Part shown: piece after piece, positions 13,301 through 24,170 of the stretch
Position numbering within the stretch: the first letter of the stretch is position 1
How the letters are laid out: each line of letters starts with the position of its first letter
NCBI GenBank assembly: GCA_958009085.1
Contig: OY253677.1
Span: 930,001-994,000 of the forward strand
DNA from: Protoeuglena noctilucae
Lineage: Eukaryota
Direction: 5' to 3'
DNA: 64,000 nucleotides
The notes under the pieces: model-generated
Database searches by the model: none
Told to the model about the DNA's origin: nothing
Seen by the model: the letters and a program-made list of their open reading frames with translations, nothing else
Position numbers and translations under genes: made by a program

Positions 13301-15345
13301 CGTACATCTCCATGCTCCCCGCTGGCGTAAGCACGACCAGGTCCGTGACGGGCATGCTGCCAAATGTCGGCTGGGCTTGGCACCGCCGGACGCAGGACAG
13401 CACGGACGCTGCAGCGGTTGCAGGCAAGACGCACAAGAGACTGCCGACTGCTGGGCGGCCGCGTATGACGTCGTCAGAGTCCTGCAAAGAGAGGATCCAA
13501 TGCTGTCACCGGTTTCAAAGCAACTCTTCCGGCCCTGGAGCTTTCCGATATGGTGTTCGACCACATGCGACTCACCACGCGCACAAGAGCTCCCCGATGT
13601 GCACGAGCGTTTGTGAGGCACACCAAAGGAGCACCGTCCACGTCAGTAGCCACAGAAACATCGTCCGCTGGCGTGCCTCCCACCGCGTCGCCCTCTGCAC
13701 CCTCCTGCCACACACTCTCCAGCCGCCACCGAGGGGGGGCCCGTGCAAGCGTATCAGTTCCATCGCCGACGCTTGTCAGGGGCGTCTGCGCCTTGGGCAG
13801 CTGTCCCATCAGCCCAGAGAGAATAGCATCGATGCCATCGACGGGGCGCGGGTCATCTCCGATGTCCATCGCGCTCTCCTGGGAAGGCGTAACTGCTGCC
13901 CCTCGACTCGGTGCAGCAGCGGTGGCCGGCGTAGTGACGGCCCCTACACGGCCGCCGCCAATGCCGCTCTTGCGCCGGCGCTCAGACATCCTGTTGTCCG
14001 TCCGGTCCGCCGCCGCCGCAGGCAGCACCGACGGGGGGGACGCGTCGCCAAATGCGTCCACGTGTCTCTTTGCACCCTGCGTGTTGAACAAGACGTCACG
14101 AAGGTTTCGTTGACATGTCAGCTTCCCTGAGGCTTACTGCCCAACACCGCGGCAGGACTGAGGAGCTGCGGTGCATGCCAGCCCTGGGGAAAATGCATAT
14201 CGTCGTGCGGCATGTTTGCATCGTGCAGGAGGCAAAGCCGGGACGTGCCTTGGGTGTTCGGAAAGCCACCGCGCCTGTCGCCCTGCTGGGCCCCGCTTCC
14301 ATGGGGGCTGCCACTGCTTGGGTGTGACCGGCGCCCTCAGGAGCCCCGGGTACTATCGCCCACAGCTGGTGTCGCTTCTTCGCAGGGTCGAACGAGAGGA
14401 CCCACGGGAAGCGCTCATCGGCCCACAGCCAGGAGAGGTGACCCCCCTGGCCGTCCATGGGATGGTCACCGCCCTCGCCACATCTCTCACCTGCACGTGA
14501 AGTGGACAAGCCAGGTCGACTGTCCCCCTTGCGAGAGGTCAAGGTGCCGGCACTACTAACATAAGCAACTCTTTGCCTCTGCATGCAGTGTCACCGTGTG
14601 TTGTGACCGCTCCAACACCCTCCATGGGATCCGACAACATCATGAGGGGCTCGCCCCGGACAACCACAGCGACCCCGGCTGACGTAGGAAGCAGCCTGCG
14701 CGGGGGCGGGGAGACATTCCCTTTGGACGAGAAGCGGCACCGTCGAGCCTTCCCCTGCCTGAGCGGAGTGGCAGTCACCGCGCGGACCCCGACTCTTCGC
14801 GACAGCTGTGCGTGCACGGAACTGCGACGGTCGACTCCCCCGCCTCCGTCACCACGTGGAGCTGCCCTGTCGTGAGGACGCACAGAGCACGACGGCGGTC
14901 CGCCCCGAGGTGACAGAAACACGCGTCGAGAAAGACGGCGTTCTCCTGCGCGTGTCGGGGGATCCGAGCGTCGCGGGGGAGTGGGTTCGCGCCGGAGATC
15001 CCTCGCGGCTGCGGCCCAGGAACGCACCGACACCGTGAAGCGCACGTGAGGCGCGCCGCCACGAGACCAGACCACGGTCTCCAGTGGCCCAGGAGATCGG
15101 ACGACGCAGTCGAAGTAGGCATGGCGCGTTCCCTGCTCGTCCGCCGCGGTCGACCATCGCCGGAGGCTCGCGTCCTGCGCACCCAGCGCACTGCACCCCT
15201 CCTGCAATTGCGAGAGACCGCTGTGCTCGGCACGGCATGCACGTGTACATCTCAACGCGCAGAAAGCGAAAGCGATGACAGCCGCGAGATCGCTCCTCGC
15301 GCTCACCCCAGCGCTGGACGCGTCGAAAGGCGCCGCGAGGCGCAT
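7310..15345 (-). CDS. APC1: Anaphase-promoting complex subunit 1
   Basis: PC-repeat motifs WPLFHNGCAAGLRV, HAGLLFAMGLSGHL, TAAVLLGTAAAKRGSMD, VQSCALLGVGLLYQGTGHR, REAYALCGGFALGLVVLG, SPAATVAMALAFL, ARCLVLWDSV, YGNSMAASQALGLLFLSGG, DNRH..LLRHMYVLA. N-terminal exons VWSRGG...FTV. Ends approximate. Confidence 0.9.
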
Positions 15346-15808
15346 CGCCGCGCCCCCCCGTGCCAGGGCGCAGCTATCTGCGCCTGGGCGCAGCTCCACA
15401 GATGCCCAGATGTACTCAGTGCACGCAGGTCTTGCGTGAAACCCGGCCCGCCATAATGCGGGGGTGGGCTCGCTGAGCAGGCGCAAGCAGCTCCTCTGCC
15501 TGAGATCGCGCCCGATGCAGGCAAGCGACGATGACTGCCACGCGGAGATGACAGCGTGAGAAGTCACCGAGCGGTGAGTCGCGAAGTCTGTGTTTCTCTC
15601 CACGCTCCCCAGCACCGCGTTCCAGCACCGGGTGTAAGTTGGGACCCCGATGGATCTTTGGTCGAGATTCCGACGCCAGCGAGTTCATCCCGCGATCACT
15701 ATCCGAGCTGCATCGCGAAACACGCTCTGGCGTGCCGAACACAGGCTGCGTTTGCTGGATCGAGGGAGCGCTCGTGACTTCCCTTAAGCTAGACGAAGCG
15801 TGTTCGCG

Positions 15809-17071
15809 ATGGCATCTCTCATGCGCTGTGCATTGATTTCCAGGTCCTCGGTGCGCCCGGCGCAGCGGGCGAACCAGGATGCCCTGGGCCCTGCTCCATC
15901 GCACGGCCTTGCGGGCCCGCGGGAGGACCAGGTGGGGGCGTCGCAGCGTCCGCGATGTTTTCATTCATATCGTACGCGTCCAGCACACCCGTGGCCGGCC
16001 ACTAAGCAACGCTCCGCTTCCCGCGATGGTATCTGCCGCCGGGCCCTGCGATCGCAGGCGATTCTCGCGGCAAGAGGCTCGTCCAGGCGCAACGTGATTG
16101 CACGTGTCTCCAGGCGATCTCTCATGGGCGCCGTGTCAGTGGGAGGCGCCGTCTCGGCACTCCAGTGGGCGATGCCGCGTGCGGGCAAGGCGAGTGCAGC
16201 GTCTTGCTGGCCACGCCCGCACCTTTCCACCGTGGCACCTCCGTCCGGCCTCCCAGGTGACATTTGCGGCTCCCTCCACGCCGTCACGACGCCGCGCCTG
16301 CAGGCATTCACCCTTCCTCCCCCTGGGTTCTCCTACCACGTGGACCAGATCGATGGCTACTCGTTCTACTACCCCTCCGAGTGGATCCAAGTGACTTCGT
16401 CGGGAAACGACGTCTTTTACCGCAACGTCCGAAACCTCGGTGCGGCGCGGAGGGGGACGCTGCGGGCACCTGCAGCATTGGGCACCAGGCAATGGCGCCG
16501 CTCATCAATCGGGTGGGTCCCTTGCCACCCAGCCGCTCCCATTGACCGCCGCAGACGAGAACGTGTTCGTCTCCGTTTCTTCGCCCTCGACGTCGCGGTA
16601 TGACAGCGTGCGGGACATCGGGACCCCCCAGGAGGCGGCCGGCAAGTACCTGACCCAGTGCCTGAATGAGCTCATGTCCACGCGCCTGGGGGTGCGCAGG
16701 GAGGGGGAGATCGTGTCCTACGGGGAACGGGAGGCGGACGGCGCGCAGTACTACGACTTGGAGCTGCAGGCACGTGGGACGCTGCGCGGGGCCGAGGCAG
16801 TCGCGAAGCCTCGGCAGTTCGGCTGATGTGTACTCGATGGCCCCCGTCCGCCCCGCAGATTCGTTCGTATGCCTCGCGGCAGCAGCTGGCCATCACGGCC
16901 GAGGAGCGGGAGGGGGCGCTGGAGCTCGAGTGGGACAGGCGCCTGCTCATCACGCTGGGGGTGGGGGGCAAGCGGCTCTACGAGCTGCGCCTCCAGACGG
17001 CGTCCAGGACCGCGGACGAGGACCGTGAGCGGCTGAGGACCATCCAGGAGTCCTTCCGGGTGGTGGCGTGA
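15809..17071 (+). CDS. PPD1: PsbP-domain protein 1 (thylakoid lumen, PSI assembly)
   Basis: Transit peptide with twin-Arg SRRSL, then DGYSFYYPSEWIQV..GNDVFYRN, DENVFVSVSSPS, ELMSTRLGVRRE, YYDLELQ|IRSYAS, LEWDRRLL..LGV..KRLYELRLQT. Confidence 0.88.
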
Positions 17072-17096
17072 GGATTCAAGGGCAGCTAGCAGGGTC

Positions 17097-18666
17097 TCAC
17101 AGACCAAGGATACTGGTCTTCGGCACCTTGGGCCCGTCGGCTACTCCGGTGAAATAGCGCATCGCCTCGGTCCGGGCCTTGCTGGTCGACATGTCGCCCC
17201 CGATGTCGCGCGTCGCCACCACTGCCGTGGCGTGCAGCCGCCCGGCGGACGCCCGGAGCGTCACGGTGCCCCCGTTATGGACGTTGAAGTGCCCCGTGCG
17301 CTCCTGACGCAGCCGCGCCCCCCGCGCCACGTCCTTGCGCCGCTTGGCCACCCACTGGTCCAGCTGGCTCCGCGTGCGCTCCTCCGCGAACTCGGCCAGC
17401 ACCTTCTGAGCCACCCTGCGACGCGCCCGCTCCTCGCGTTCCGCGGCCTCCCGCGCTTCTCGCTGCGCCTGCAGCTGGCCTCGCCACTCCTCTAGCTTAG
17501 CCGCCCTGCAGTGTGCAGCGGTGGGAGGGTGTGAGCCACGGACAGAGAAGATGTTTGTTCGTGAAGGCCTCTTTTATGCGATTACCGCAGATACGCCGGG
17601 ACTCACCGCTCCTCGGGGCCTTCGCCATTGACCCCCGTCAGCGTCGAGACGTCCCCTGCCCTGCTGCGGGTCATAGGAGACGGAAAAGTTGCGCTGACGT
17701 CGGCACCCTTGCGAGCGCGGGAAGCGGCCTTCACAGAGCCAGGGAGGTGCCTGACTCACCTCGTGGCTGTCTCGCTGGCGCGGCGTCGGTCCTCGGGACC
17801 TATGTGCGAGAGGCGCCACTGGACCCACCGCTCCGGCCCCCTCCGGCCGTACACCGCCGCGTCCTCGTCGACAGCTGTCCTGCGGGGAGGATGGCCGCCA
17901 AGCAAGGTTTCAACAGCTGCATGACCGCATCATGGGTCACGCACAGCGCAAGCACACGCGGCACTCGCCTGCGGGACGGCAGCGCCAGCTTCTTCGTCGC
18001 GCCAGGGTCTTCTCTCCGCGGCTTCTGCAACCGCTTGTTGTAGTCTGGGTCAGCCAGCAGCATGCGCTGGATGTCCGCCTGGACCTGGACCGTCATTGGG
18101 TTCGGCGGACGCCTGTTTTTGCGGAACCACGTCTCGAACTCGTCCGCGACTTCCTGCAGAGACCGACACAGACGTTGCGCGGTCTCTCGCACCGCCAGGC
18201 TCGCTCCGCGCGCCGAGTCTTTGCGAAGTGCACCGGCCCACCTCAACGAAGCCCTCTTGCTCCTCGCCGCTGCTCTCCCCTGCATCCTGCACTCTTCCGT
18301 TCTCGAAGCCGGCATCTCCAGAACTCTCCGGCGTCGGAGCGTCCCCCTCCGCGCCTCCCGGCGCAGGCGCAGAGTCTCGCATGGCGGTCGACGCCACGCG
18401 CCCGCCCGCCTGACTGCGGAGAGCACCAAGCGGCGAACGCATGGAGCGGCGTCCGTCTCGGTCGACAACGACGTCCCGCGAGGGCCTGGCAGGACTCCTG
18501 CCGCCCCTCATGCCCACCTGTCGCGGCTTTTGCTCGTCAGATGCTCGGGCACGTCGGTCCCATGCTTGCGGATGCGGTCGACGAACTCTGCCGACGCGCC
18601 GTACGACGCGAAGGCGGCCGCCAGGTCTTCATTCGCGGCCACGTTCTCCCGGTCGTACTTGCCCAT
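17097..18666 (-). CDS. Hypothetical protein, charged/coiled-coil, multi-exon
   Basis: Codon-biased exons (MGKYDRENVAANEDL...; EVADEFETWFRKNRRPPNPMTVQVQADIQRMLLADPDY; AEFAEERTRSQLDQWVAKRRKD...) with GT-AG junctions. No family recognised. Confidence 0.5.
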
Positions 18667-19275
18667 CCTGGGACCACACGGGGGCGACGGGGCGCCCCCG
18701 GTCGGCCATGTATCGGATCTCCTCTACTGAAAGCACCCGTCCGCTGACCCAGCAGAGGAACGCGCGAGTGCTCTGACTCTGCACCAGATGAACGTGATTT
18801 TCTACGCGGAATGGTAAGCCGCTGGAGGACAATAGGGCCCAGACTTTCTCCCTGCGCCTACTCGGTCAGATAACTAAGCATTTACAATGGTCGGTTCCGC
18901 ACAACTACGGCACCGCCCCGCGGCCTGTGTCTGGCCAGACGACGCGCCAGCGACCAGCTTGGCTCGCGGGCCCATGTGGCGTGTCTTCGTGCACACCGGC
19001 CACATCCCGGACACAAGACTGGCTAGAAAAACGAGTCAGAGCTGGGCGCTGATTCGAAAAAGGGCTGAGAGAAGAATACATCGCGGTGCAAGGTGGGTGA
19101 CAACTTCAGCCCGCAGGGCCCCGCTGAGGCCTTGTACGGGGCCATAAAGCATCCATTCCTTTCGAAGTGTTATATGTAAATGCCTGACGTTGCGTTCGGA
19201 ATTGTTGGCTGGGGAGACGGGCGGCTCAGGCGCGTCGACAAGTGTCCAGATGCCGAGCCCAATGCGCCGCTCCCA

Positions 19276-20669
19276 TGCGCAGATTGGTCGTCACGTCTCC
19301 ACCAGCAGCTTTATTCATTAGTCCAACTCCTGTGATCGGCCAGCGTCCCGCTGATACGCGCCCCCGGACCAGGGGCCGTGTGAGGTCGCCCCGCCATCGG
19401 CCCAAGATGGCGACCTGTCGGTGAGACATTGTTTGGATGACACAATGCGCACAGTCTGCACATGTGATGCGTCTACCGGGCGTGCAATGTGCTGCGGCCC
19501 ACCCGCGTTGGCACCGCATGCTCTCCTTGTCAGGGCGCCCCCACGCAGCAACCAGGCCATAGAATCAACCATCTTTCCCCTCCCCGTTCTGTCCGAGCAG
19601 ACGGGTCGTTGTGAGCGAGGCTCCCGGTGGCCAGGCGCGCGGCTGGTCCCTGCGCACGGGGGGGGAACCTGACGGTTTGCGTGGGTGTGCCAGCTGCCGC
19701 AGCCCGCGGAGCCTCGCGACGTCATCCCTGGCCAAGGCCACGCTGGTGGAGGATGCGGGGCAGGTGGCCGTGCAGGCGCGGCGCGCGCGCGTCTTCGGCC
19801 GCCTCGCTCGCCTCTCGGGGCAGTCCCTGCGGCGACTCGGTTTGTTCTTCACGCGGATGGTGCCCGGCAGCCGCGCGCGGAGCTCCCCGGGGAGCACGAT
19901 CCCGGACCACTGCGGCAGCCTCGTCGTGGATTCGTGCCAGGAGGGGACGGTCCCCGTGGAGGGGCCATGGCACGGCGGGTCCCCTCAGCGGGTCAAGTCG
20001 GCCGGAGGGGCCAGTTGCACAAGGCCGTCTTTCGTGAGCGACGCTGAGGCCGGCGGGGAGGGCGCACGTCGCTCGGGGTCGGGGCTAGGGCTGGTGGTGA
20101 CGGTGGAGGAGCCGGCGGTGTCCCTGTGGCGGTGTGGGGTGCCTGGCAAGCGCTCGCGGGTGCTGTCGGGCGCGTCAATCCCCGACTCGCAACTTCGGGA
20201 CACCGAGACGGTGGGGAGGGAGGCGTGCTACGAGGGCCTCGTCCCCACGGCCCTTGTGGGCGGGCAGGGGGGCTGCCCGTGGGCATCGCGGGACCTGTCC
20301 CACTCGTCTACGGACAAGGCGAGGGCCGCGCGAGTGCGTCTAAGGGTGAGAGGAGGGCCAGGCCCGCAAGCGCGGGGTCATGCTCTGGGGCAAGCGCTGA
20401 GCCTCGGTGCCTCTACCCCGCTCACGCAGGGGCCGTCGGTGTGCTCGGCTTCCGTGAGCCGCGACGTGGACCTGCTCATCTACGCCCTGATCGGAGCTGG
20501 CCACGATTCCGCCGCGCCCCCCAGCGTGTCCCACATCTGCAGCGACACGGCCCACGTGCGCAAGCCCAGCGGGGACGCGTCGTCGTGCCACGGGGAGCGG
20601 AGCCGCACCCGCTTCGCGCGCACCAAGTCGGCCACGGTGGGGGGTGACCTCGACAGCGGGGACGAGTGA
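19276..20669 (+). CDS. Hypothetical protein
   Basis: Long ORF 19611-20669 preceded by a short exon and a GT-AG intron (~19421-19599). No recognisable domain. Start uncertain. Confidence 0.35.
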
Positions 20670-20926
20670 TGAGCGGCACCGGCTCGGCCCAGTTACCTCC
20701 CAGTTACCACGAGCAAGACCCGGCAGCATGTCGGGCTGCTCCCCCCTACCCCTGCCGCCAAAGCATGCGTTCTCTTTCCCATATCGGACACGGACCTGCG
20801 TTTCGCATATCCAATAGAAACCTCGCGGCGCTGCCGACTGCAGGCCCGCTAGACATGAGCACAGACTATCGAGAGGCAAGGGTGCCAGCAAACTAGGCCG
20901 CGCTCGGCTGAAGGCATAGCATACGC

Positions 20927-21591
20927 CTACGGAATGGTGGCCTCCGGCTCCTCCGTGAAATAGTTCTGCCGCGCCTGCTCCTGCTTCTCGGCCCCCGCGG
21001 GCGGCAGCTCGCGTTGCACCACCAGGGTGTTGTCCATCTTGAAGAGCACCACCGTGGAGTGCTGCGTCGAGCGCAGGTCGTACGCGTACTGCACCGTGAC
21101 CTGCGGCGGGGTGAAAGGGCGCCGTGTTCTTGCTCGGTATGCTCGCTAAGAGGCAGGGCATATGCATGTGCATGGGGCGCCCGTCCACCCACCTGGACGC
21201 CCTTGGGCTTCAGCAGGTCCATCACGACCTGGCGCCCGCCCTCGCTCTTGTCCACGATCTCAGCCAGGCACGTGATGGCGTCGCGCTTGTCCTCGCTCTT
21301 GCCCCCGACCAGATCCGACACCATCGCCTCGATGGCCGGCACCCACATGGCCGAATGCTCGGCCTTGTCCGCCCCGGGCTGGTAGAAGAGGGGGTTGTAG
21401 ATCTTCCGGGCGCTCTCCACGGCCGCGCTGCCTGCGGGGGGGAGCAGCACGACAGGCCGTGTCGCCCCAGCAACCACCAGCACCCTACGCGCATGCATCG
21501 TCGAGGAGGCGTCCCGGTCGTCTCGACGGTCTCCCGTACATTTGCAGTCACAAAAGTAGACTTCGCAAGCGCCATCTCCGCGGTATTCCAT
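20927..21591 (-). CDS. Small hypothetical protein (3 exons)
   Basis: MEYRGDGACEVYFCDCK...ARKIYNPLFYQPGADKAEHSAMWVPAIEAMVSDL...KGVQ|VTVQYAYDLRSTQHSTVVLFKMDN...; strong codon bias; TAG at 20927. Confidence 0.6.
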
Positions 21592-21907
21592 GGGCAACTG
21601 GGGCGGTTGCCGCCCAACCGACCAACACGCACGCAGCGGAGGAATTGCTCTCGAGCGCCTCACTGGCGGGGTGATGCGCCTGGCTGCATAGCGCCGAGGA
21701 CAAGAAGTGCAAGGCAGCCCTCCTCGACGTCCCAGCCTCCGCGTTGGCCACGATGGCCAACGCCGAGTGCAAATCCTGAATCATGTTGTGCTCATTCGCC
21801 AGGGTTCCGCGGAAAGCCGGTCTTTCTTTCAAGGAGAAGAATCTATCGATGGAGACGCGGCGGCCGGGCTAAAAACGTTCGCATTGCCGGCCATCGCCAG
21901 GCGCCAG

Positions 21908-23721
21908 TCAGAGGTTGGGCGTCGGCGCGGTCATGATGCGGAAGAAGTAGTCGATCTCGAGGTTGCAGTCCTCATCCAGGTCCGTGCAGTGCACCGCACT
22001 CCGCACCTGCGAGCGCCACGATTGCGGGATGAGGACTGCCTGCCCTCCGTCCCATGCACAAACCCAGCCCCGCGCGCAGTGCACCTTGTCCCGCCCGAAC
22101 TTGGCCCGCAGCGTCGTCGGCCGCAGGATGCGGGCAATGTCCGGGTCCCTGCGCGGCGAGGGGGGCACGCCAGGGTCAACGCACGCAAGGCCGTCCCCCT
22201 GCCCTGCCCCGTGGCCCCGCACGCCCCTCCCCCTCCTCACCGGGGCCCGCAGAGTTCCCGGAAGGCCTCGCACGCCGGCGCGCCCCGGTTCCCCTTCACC
22301 GCCACCTCCACGGCCACCAGCAGCCCCGAGGCCAGCTCCGTGAGGGCGTCGTGGAACTCCGAGGCGGGGAGCACGCCGCGGTAGACCTCCAGGAAGTCGG
22401 AGGCGTCCGTCTTGGTGATGGCCGTCATCTGGCACGCCGAGATGTCGAAGCTTTCCTGGATCTGGCTCAGGATGGGGCCCAGGCAGCCCTCCTGCGACGG
22501 ATGGAGGGGGCGGGGCGTCACATGGCATCGCCCCAGCCCCGGCCAGTCTGCATGCAAGGGTCGGGAGGGACCCCCGCCGCGTCGCTCGCCTTGACGGCGT
22601 GCGGCTTGACCACCCCCAGCGTCGTGTTGCTCATCAGGTAGCAGTGGCCCATCTTCTCGCTCCCTGCGCGCACAGCCGGGGTGGCTGTCAGCCTCGCCCA
22701 GAGAGGTCGCGCTGGCCGGCACAGCAACATGCAAGGGCGCACCCGGCCCGAAGAAGAAGGCGATCTCCTCCTCGGCCGTCTGGTCCGCGTCCGACCCGTG
22801 GCAGGCGTTCTGCGTCTTGTCCACCCCGAAGCGCGCGCGGATGCTCCCCGGCGCCTCGGCCCGCGCGACGTTCGAGTCCGTTGGCCCGATGAGCTCCCTC
22901 CAGGCGCGCACGGCGTCGCCCTTGACCAGCTCCATTGCCACGATGCGGTCCGACGACATCATGGACGCCAGCGTGTCGAAAAAGGGCTTGCCCCGGTGCA
23001 CCGCGTAGAAGCGCTCGGCGTCCGCGCGCGTCAGGTGCACCATGCGCATCTGGTTGATGGCGAACCCGGCGCCTTCGATCATCGTCACGATCTCCCCCAG
23101 GTGCTGCACCGCGTGCGGCTGCGGGGGGGGCGCAACGCTGGTGCCTCTCTTACCGCCAGTCGCTGCCACACACGTCCCCAGCCCAGCACGGCTCGCGCCC
23201 GGCCCACCTTGACCATGGCCAGGGTCCGCTCGGACCGCTTGCCCAGAGCGGCCCGCGTGTGCTCATCCGCGAAATCCACCACTTCCAGGAGCCGGGACAT
23301 GACCGTGACCTTGGCCCCGGGGTACAGGCGATCGACGCTCACGTCGCGCGTGTACGTGCGGCGCAGAAACATGCGCTGGTTCTTCACGTCCCACAGCTCC
23401 ACCTCGGAAGTCTCCGGAAAGACCGTCAGCTTCAGCACGACCTGCGTTTCCAATCAAAGTAACTCGAAAGGGTCGCGGGAGGGCCGAACACAGGCCTGGA
23501 ATGGCGGATGGCATGGGAGGGGCACATGCCATGCGCGCCCTGCACCGACCGCATCGCCCGCGCCGCCAAGACCCGCTCAACCGGCAACCAGGCGGGCAGC
23601 ATCGCATGAACGATGCGTGAGCACTGGCTGGGCGCGCCAGAGCCGAGGTTGGCACCTGCAGGTTCGAGAAGTGGTCCAGCCACAAGGTCATGAACGAATA
23701 CGACAGCTTGCCCCCCGTCAT
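21908..23721 (-). CDS. NME7: Nucleoside diphosphate kinase 7 (DM10 + 2 NDK domains), flagellar
   Basis: DM10 (EVELWDVKNQRMFLRRT...LYPGAKVTVMSRLL), NDK1 (ERTLAMVKPHA, FYAVHRGKPFF, AWRELIGP, NACHGSD) and NDK2 (FRELCGP, LRAKFG..KVHCTD..EIDYFF). Confidence 0.93.
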
Positions 23722-24060
23722 GGCCTCCTATCGATGCCTGACAACGACCGACAGGTCTCCAGCAAGCGCCGGCGCAGGCCCGGTGCGCAGCAGAGCCGCA
23801 AAAGATGCGCGCCGCTTCGATGTTTAAAATCCCTGGCCCCGTGGCGCCCGCCGGTGTCCACCAGGTCCCTTGGGCGCGTGAACTGGCGCTGGGATGCGAG
23901 GCGCGGAGAAGAAAGGCTGTTTCACAAAACCCGAGTCAGGCGTTGTGTCAGAGGACCTCCGGGCGACTTAAATCGTCTCGTGACTGCGGCTCATCGCTTT
24001 AATCTCACTCACTTGCGTGCGCCGCTTCTCGCGGGCCCTTGGGCGCGGAGTGCAGCTCCT

Positions 24061-24066
24061 TATAAA
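24061..24066 (+). promoter_or_regulatory. Possible TATA box upstream of CNNM
   Basis: TATAAA about 110 nt upstream of the ATG at 24171, in the divergent NME7/CNNM intergenic region. The motif is rare in this GC-rich background. Confidence 0.3.
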
Positions 24067-24170
24067 CTCGGCCTTCAACGGCCGTGCCCTTCCGAGCCGA
24101 CACGTCCATGCAAAGTTGCCTGGATAGCTGTGGGCTCGCTTGATGCTTTGCTCTGGCTCATTGTCCCGCC

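Noticed and set aside
17540..17556. ACAGAGAAGAT resembling the U6 snRNA core
   Set aside because: The match stops after about 11 nt, no U6 ISL follows, and it lies antisense within an intron.
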